Assembly: GCA_001244265.2 (NCBI GenBank)
Contig: LN717261.1
Span: 1,999,591-2,063,590 of the forward strand
Direction: 5' to 3'
From: Microbotryum violaceum
Taxonomy: Eukaryota
DNA: 64,000 bases
In this document: one piece after another, positions 56,671-64,000 of the stretch
How the letters are laid out: each line of letters begins with the position of its first letter
How positions within the stretch are numbered: position 1 is the stretch's first letter
Notes under the pieces: model-generated
The model's database searches: none
Told to the model about the DNA's origin: nothing
The model's input: the letters and a program-made list of their open reading frames with translations, nothing else
Translations under genes and position numbers: made by a program

Positions 56671-59600
56671 ACGATTGCACATCTTGCAACATCCTGTCCA
56701 CCAGCTGGAAACATTGACGGTGCTGCATCGGTGCCTCGTCCCAGACGATTAAGTCGCACATCCGAAAAAGCTCGGCGAGCTGTCCTTGTTTTGGAACATT
56801 GCACGTAGAGTCGTTAAAGATGTTGATCGGGATCTTGAACCGTGAATGTGCCGTTCTGCCTTTTGGCAGTAGTAGTGCAGCAATACCCGATGATGCAAGG
56901 GCAAGAGCGTATTTTCCCTCTGAGCGAATCCGAGCAAGGATCGTTTTTTCCAAGAACGTTTTGCCTGTCCCTCCCGGAGCATCAATGAAAAAGACTTTTC
57001 CGCGGCTGTTCAGAATCGAGTCAAGAACTGTCTCAACAACAACGCGTTGTTCGGCGTTGCACAACTCGAAGTTGTTCCTCCAGAGACCCTCCAATTCGTC
57101 GAGTTTTGCTGCTGTGGCTGATTCCTCCATGATGAGACGATTTGTTGAAGCTTTGTCATTGAACTGAATCGTTGGCAGCGGCAGGCCGTGGTTTGACAAT
57201 GAGTCGAGTCGTTGCAGAATATTGCTGAGCTGTAGCAGCCCCCAGCTGGCTACGTGCTCGGGTGTGATGATCGGCTGCCGTCTTTGGTTTCGTAGCTGGT
57301 ATTCAACGTGTTGGGTGAGGTTGTCATAGTGCTTTGTCCATAACTGCGCCGCGTTTGTGACTCCATCATCGACCGTTAACAGCATGGCAAACAGGTGTCG
57401 CAGCTCGTGGCCAGTACGGAAGACCGCTGCCTCGGTCAGACATCTGTCGGCTTCAGTGTCGTTGCGTAGGAGCCCCCGTTCAACACAGGCTTCCCGGAAT
57501 GTTCGAAACTCAACACCATGGAAAGTCTTCAGATCCGCAAATGATGTCGGAGAAGGCACTTTGAGAAGAAGTAGTTGTAAGTAGTATCGCTCTCCGCCTT
57601 CAGGACCACAAAAGTAGATTCTTCCGATTGTCCGGTTGTTAAATTTTCGTGGAACCCAAGCTCAATCTTTGTTGTTCCATCTAAATTGGGTTGGCACGTC
57701 GACGTAAAGCAATTCTTGTGCGTTGTGATTGGGTGGCGTCTTGGCGCACAATTTGATGAAGGCGGTTAACGTCGTTTTCGGTGGCGCTGATAAGTCCGGT
57801 GCTCCGTGATCTGGGTCGAACCGAACTTGTTGCTCATTCGGGAGGTGCAGCGCAAGTCTGGCCACTGCGGGATCCCAATCGTGCATCCCGAATCGAAATA
57901 TCCGGTGAATGGCTTCGGGGGCGCAAACATATCGAGCGTCAAGGAAGTTGTTGATTTCGTCTTGAGCTCTGGGTTCGTCGATCGTGAATGAAGTACGGTC
58001 GTGGCCCTTGTAAACGTACTTGTACAGGTACTTGATTGCAGCAACGCCGCTCGCAATTTCCACGTTGACATGACAGTTGTACTTGGACGCAAGGAACAGA
58101 TTTGTTGGAACAACGTTTGCATCCGTATAAACTTCTTCTTGCGCTGTGCCCGGGAATTTGACATACTGGTGTATGCCGCGACACCGGTAGTGTGGATAGC
58201 CGCCGTCTTTGCTGGTCGTGCGCGGTTGGAGTCGTTTGGGAGACCGTTTGGTACATTTTCCATGGTCGTCATGGCAGGTATGCTTGCCGGGACGATCACC
58301 TCGCCGGTGTAGCATGGAGTTTGTGATGGTCTTAAACAACGCAGGGAATTTGTTGCGGTCCGGTATTTCTGTGGTGACTATCTTGTCGTAGTCGTCATTT
58401 GTTTTTGGTTTGTCTTCTGGATCCATGATCAAAAGGATGTGGGCATGAGGCAGTCCGCGCTTTTGAAATTCAACAACATAGACATATGCGATGACCTGTG
58501 CAAAGAATTGAGACTCGTGAGCATCCTATCCATTTTATATTGACCACACCGATTGACATACCTTTCCAAAGACTCCCGGTGCACGACCAACGCCTAATAC
58601 ATTGCGAAGAAGAGCTTTCAATTTACCGTGAAAAACCCGTGCTACTATATCGGGACGGTCGGATGCGGTTTGGCCAGGAAGCAAAGCGTTGATGATTTCT
58701 GGCCAGGCAGGGTTGCATGCCATTGTGATGAATATGTACGGAGCACCAAAAACACGAACAATGGCCATAGCATCTTGGTAAAGTTGGACCATTTGGCGTG
58801 GCGAACCGGTGTATGACGACGGTAGAATGACTCTTTTGCCAATCTGTGCGGGATCGAGTTCTTCAGCCAGGCTTGCTTGAAGGGACAAATATTCTTCGGC
58901 TCTGAGCTTTTTCTGATTGGCTCTCATCCAATATAGCCGTTTTTGTTCAGTCGATGCCCAGGCGTTCGCGACAAATTTCTGGAACAACCGGCCCCCTAGG
59001 AACAACGTTGGGTGACTGATATTGTGAGGACGAATATGGAAGTAATACGCGTTGAATTGGCTCTGTGTCACATGTTTGGATCCGGCCGTTCTGGTTTGTG
59101 GGTTGGCGTTGGCGTTATCTGTTGTACGTTGCAATACACCGTTTTTGTCTCGCACGCGCCGAGCTGCCTCTGTTGCGATAGCGTTTTGGCTGAGCGGGAT
59201 TCTGTCGTGGTACCAGTCTTTGCCATACGGTAACAATAGCGGGTACGTGAGTGCCATGAGTGCAGGGTGACCATCGTGAATAATCTGAATTCCGCGGCCG
59301 TCATTGTTTGGCGGGTGACGTAACCGAACAATGATCTCTCTTCTTGAAGATCGGTACTCGGTCTCGTCTCCGGGTAGTATGACGGCCACCTCCTCTTGCG
59401 TCGGCAAGTTGTACGTTCTCGGGTCTCGATTGCGCGGTGCAAGTTAGCGGAGCTGGTACATGTGAGATGCTTCGCTGTTCATGAACTCTTGTGCCGTCAA
59501 GAACAGTTTGACGCGACTGTTGTGGAGTCGCAGCATGTTGTCGAGTACAGGAACAATTTGCTGATAAGCCGAGTCCAGACGTCGAACTTCTTCCGGCGGT

Positions 59601-60326
59601 CCGTTGAATCTTCGTTGGGCTTCAACGCGTTCGGTTGGAGCCAGGAATAGAATTTGAGCAAAGACGGGGTCGTCTGCTGGGCCTGGGGCTAGCGTGCCGA
59701 TACGGTGAAATACTGTTCCGCTAAGGTAGAAGGATGGTGGTCCGGAGCCGCTGATTATGCCATGGCCCTTGCTTGTGCCGAATGATGCCATAGCAAAGCT
59801 TTCGTTGAATGCAAGAGTGCGGTCCCGAAAGATCTTCTCAGCTGTTTTACGGATAGTCAGCGAGGCCATTAGTCCGCTGTACTCATTCTAGCAAGTTGAA
59901 CGAATCGACGTGTACTAACCTGGGCCATCGCCAGTCAGGAGCTCGAGCAGCTCGGGCGGGGGCCTTTCGATCCCGGGCAATCAAACTTTGCTGTCCGCGC
60001 AACAGAGTTTGAACGGTGTGCCGCCGCCTGGGGTTGATAACTTTTTGAACTCCCAGTGTAGAGCCAAACAGATCGGACACTGCAACGTCATTGATCCAAG
60101 ATCGTGCCGGGGAAAAGGCCCTTCTGGCAACGGTAGCAGCGCAGTTGGGACGGTCTGGCTCAACCGCTCTCTTGCGCGTTGTTGTCGTTGACGCTGCCCC
60201 GCGGATCGTTGATCGACGACAGTAGTGGCTGAAGTCGCAGTTGCTTCTGTACTTGAACTGGCGACGCGAGAAAGGCTTGGAATGGCTTCCAAGCGTGGAC
60301 GAACGAATCTCAAGCCCGGAGGTGAA

Positions 60327-60815
60327 TGTCACGAATGGAAGCTCGCCACTCCGAGTTCGGCCTCTCAGCACTCTCGTCATCCGCGTGACCTCGGCCTTCC
60401 CGCGCCTCGGACCTCCTCTCCCCGCTTCGGCACCTGCACTGCTTTCTTCTCCTCCAACTACACACTCACAACCCTCTCGCCCCCGACTCTTACGTGATCA
60501 TCAACCAAGCTCTATTACGTGATCCTCAGCTCAACATTATTACGTGATCCTCGTGCCTCGCCTCCTCAAGCTCGTCACCTCGTCCCCGACTCCTCTGGTC
60601 TAGTTCCCCCTTTCCGTAGCTTACTTCTCTCTTTCCCTTCTGCAACTCGAATCTCGTCAAAGGTCACATCCTTGCACTCGTCCCTCGTCCTCGTCTCTCG
60701 TCCTCGTCTCTCTTGAGAAGTCCCTAGAACCTCTCTCGACTTGTCCCTCGTCCCTCGCCCCTCGTCTCGAGCCCCTTCGTCCGGCTCGTTCCTCCTATCT
60801 TTGTCCTTCGTGATA
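60327..60815. mobile_element. Solo LTR in the RepHel B N-terminal exon
   Basis: Termini are TGTCACGAA...TTCGTGATA with TSD GTGAA. The empty site is at ~18075-18095. Confidence 0.88.
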
Positions 60816-61587
60816 GTGAAGGACTGCGGGCCCGTTGCACTTGCCGGGCGACATTGGGACTGCCGACTGCCTGTGCAGATCGACTCGACAATCCATTTTG
60901 TGCGACGTCGAGTTGATGGATTGGTGGCGGCGTCTGTGCGATTAGAGCGGGAGTCGGGTTGTGCGGAGGGGCGCCTGCAGCCTCGCGGGCCGCGCGCTCA
61001 GCTCGCTCACGTTGCCGACGTCTCTGCTGCCCCAGTGCTCTCCGTGAAGGTTGTTGTTGAAGAGACGGGACGTGAAAGTTAGCTGACATTTTGGCAGTTG
61101 TAGAGGTTGTTGGTGGGGGCGTCTGGGTCGGGTTGGGCGGAGGAGCGGGAAGGCAGGGGGTCCACACATTCAAGTTTTTTCCTGTCGTCGCGCGCGAGTT
61201 CTGGACTGATGCTTTGCGCGAGGCAGCCTCGTTGGCGGCGTGCTCAGCCTCGCGGACAGCGCGTCGGCGATTCCTCGGCTGCCCATCGGGGCTCTGCTGT
61301 CCGTGAAAATGTTATACAGCAGACGGGACGTAAAAGCTTGCAGATGAACTTTCGGCAGTCACAGGAACTGATGATTGAAGTGCTACGCTACGATGTGGTA
61401 CAGTTGTGATGGGAAATGGAACCTCGGCGAAGGTAGACGAAGCGGTCTCGCCGATGCTGAAACAGCGCTAGCTAACTGGAACGCGCTAGACCAAGAGCTG
61501 CTGATGACGTCACACCACGTGGTTTGTCATTCGTTCTGTGATGTTCTTTAGCCACACAGATTCATTTATAGATAGATAGATAGAAGA

Positions 61588-63835
61588 CTAGGTTCGGCGG
61601 CGTGCTCTGCGCGCCACCTCACACTGAAAATCAGCAGCTCTGTTGCACGAAACGCTATCGCTCAAGCCGTTCCCGTTGAAGACGTCTTTGCTGACCTTGA
61701 GACCTCCAAGAGATCGCAGCGTTCATAGGCGATGGATGCATTGGATGAAGTTGATCCTCCGGCAGTGGACGCAGTGCCAGTGCCATCGGTGACTGTGTGG
61801 CGGCTGGACGTCAGCGTGCCTTAGATCTTCTGAAAGTAGACTGGTTCGTCGATGTTGATGCGGTAGACGCAGGGTTCGGAAGAACGGTGGGACTGGACCG
61901 GAACGCTCTCGCTCGAGCCTTTCCCGTTGACGACGTCTTTGCTGACCTTGAGGCCTTCGAGAGATCGCAGCGTTCACAGGCGGTGGAACCATTGGATGAC
62001 GACATCCACCGGGACAGAGTGGACTTCGGGCGTTGGCTGGGGTGGAGGCGATTGATTGATAGAATCATTTGCTGCCTTTCCCTGAGTCTCCGCAATTGAT
62101 ATGCCCTAGATCCTCTGGAAGTAGAATGATTCGTCGATGTTGATGTGGTAGAGGCAGGGTTCGGCGAAGAACTGTGTGGGACCGGACCGGACCGGAACGC
62201 TCTCGCTCAGGCCTTCCCCATTGACAATGTTGTTGCTGGTCTTCAGACCTCCGAGACGTCGTGCAGCTATCAGTGTTCTTGATGTTGTCCATCTGTAGCA
62301 ATGGCAATGAAGACTCGCATTTAGTGTTCCCATGACCCGGATTCTGCACCGTACGAAGTCAAGCCGCACCTCAACTTCCCCACAGAAGTCAGCATTCCAT
62401 GAAGCAAGCGACTTGGGAATAACGGGAAGGCATTGCTTCGGATCCCCTGTGATGGTACAGTCCTACCGGTCAGTTAGTCATGCTGCCCTGCGCTTTGCTT
62501 ACAAAAAATTGCCACATACCTGCCAACACGACGGTCACTCCACCGAACCGAGCCGTTGAGGATCTGCCACTAGATGCAGCCCCTCAACTTCCCCCCAGAA
62601 GCCAGCATTCCATGATGCAAGCGTCGACGATTTGTGCAGGCGATGACTTGGAAATAACGGGAAGGCATCTTGAGAAAAGTTGTCCCCTGTGATGTTACAG
62701 TCCAACCGGTCAGTTAGTCATGCTGCCCTGCGCTGTGCTGTTGAAAGATCGGCACGAACCTGTCAACACGACGGTCAGTCCACCAAACCGAGCCGTTGAC
62801 GATCGCAAATCTTGCAACATCCTGTCCACCGGCTGGAAACATCGACGGTGCTGCATCGGTGCCTCGTCCCAAAGCTCGGCAAGCTGTCCTTGTCTCGGAA
62901 CATTGCACGTAGAGCCGTCGAAGATGTCGATCGGGATCTTGAACCGCGAATGTGCCGTGCTGCCTTTTGGCAGTAGCAGTGCAGCAATACCCGATGTTGC
63001 AACGGCAAGAACGTATGTTCCCTCTGACCGAATCCGAGCAAGGACCGTTTCTTCCGGGAACGTTTTGCCTGTCCCTCCCGGAGCATCAACGAAATCGAAG
63101 ATTTGTGTAGGCGATGACTTGGGAATAATGGGAAGGCATTGCTTCGGATCCCCTGTGATGTTACAGTCGAACCGGTGTGGTACTCGGGATCCCGTCGCGT
63201 GGCAGTCGAGTCGGAAATGAGACCCCCGTGGTCGGAAATGAGATGGGACTCCTGATCGTTGTGGAACTCGGGATCTCGTCGCGTGCAGCAAAGTCGGAAA
63301 TGAGATGGGACTCCTGATCTCGTCGGCTGAATCAAAGTACTCGGGTCACGCGGGCGACGGCTAATTCGGTGGTCTCGGGGATCGGGCTGGAGTCGCCTAG
63401 TCGGGAAGTGCAGATTCGGCTAACTCGGCCTAGCGCCACATAAGCGGATAAAAGTTCAGGACGAAGTATGGCGTGATCGGAGGGCCGAGTGTCGGAAAAG
63501 AGGAGGAAGCTGGCCCGGAGGGATTGGAGTGTCCTGGCGTCGGAGGGGAGTTCGCTTCTTGTTCTTAGGGAGACGACTTCGAGGATCCAATTCAGCGTCT
63601 TAGTTGGTTCTCACTTTCTGTGTGTTTCAAGTCTCGTCTCTCGTCTCCAGTCTCAGCGTTTCGTTCTCGTTCTCGGTCTCGTTTTCCCTTGTCAATTTTA
63701 TATCATCTTTGATTGACCGCCTTGCTATACCATACCGGTCGGTTAATCATGCTGCCCTGCGCTTTGCTCTTGAAGGATTGGCACACACCTGCCAACACGA
63801 CGGTCACTACACCGAACCGAGCCGTTGAGGATCTG
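61588..63835 (-). mobile_element. Helitron family B derivative joined head-to-tail to the next copy
   Basis: Hairpin plus CTAG at 61588, helicase fragment 62710-63095 (DAPGGTGKTF, WDEAPM), and intron-repeat units. Confidence 0.85.
63176..63734. mobile_element. Solo LTR with internal direct repeats
   Basis: Termini are TGTGGTA...TACCATA with flanking CCGG duplication, and GTCGGAAATGAGA occurs three times. Confidence 0.75.
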
Positions 63836-64000
63836 CCACGGGATCTGCCACGGGATCTATACTGCATACTGCATGCTGCACACATTTCTTGAGTGATTCC
63901 CAACAATGCCTTCCCGTTATTCCCAAGTCATCGCCTGCACAAACCGTCGACGCTTGCATCATAGAATGCAGACTTCAGGGGGGAAGTTGAGGTGCTGCAT

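Larger units (their letters stand above)
55650..61173 (-). pseudogene. Helitron RepHel (family B), helicase C-terminus missing
   Basis: Motifs are HDLGSMTLQCPICLALHW, LPSSYTGSPR, FITMACNPAW, VEFQKRGLPHAHIL, YLYKYVYKG, DAPGGTGKTF, IVWDEAPM and DPKQCLPV. It is disrupted by stops, a solo LTR and the intron tandem array. Confidence 0.93.
55121..61587 (-). mobile_element. Helitron family B, largest copy
   Basis: 5' TCTTCTATCTATCT is at 61587. The 3' ...GTGAGGTGGGAACCTAG at 55121 has its hairpin deleted. It contains RepHel. Confidence 0.88.

Overview
This is eukaryotic fungal DNA with short GT-AG introns. The inferred source is a basidiomycete, probably Pucciniomycotina such as Microbotryum. The window is a transposon-saturated region of the pericentromeric or non-recombining type. 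Only three host genes are recognisable: VPS36 (ESCRT-II), a CE4 polysaccharide/chitin deacetylase, and a GT71-type mannosyltransferase. The rest is nested mobile DNA. It includes two Helitron families (two decayed RepHel genes plus many derivatives), a Tf1/sushi-type chromovirus, four L1-like LINE copies, a CACTA/EnSpm transposase, a Mutator-like transposase fragment fused to a 3'-5' exonuclease, MITEs, six or seven solo LTRs, and a 1.2-kb mitochondrial-type insert with plasmid DNA polymerase B remnants. Three structures stand out. (1) Helitrons are chained head-to-tail at exact CTAG|T(C) junctions, and their 5' ends carry expandable repeats, including a TTAGGG-containing 13-mer at 1, 2 and 15 copies. 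(2) A ~145-bp satellite is built from one helicase intron plus flanking exon stubs. (3) A solo LTR cuts the GPI-like tail off the deacetylase. All calls were made by eye from motifs. No database searches were run, and boundaries marked ~ are approximate.
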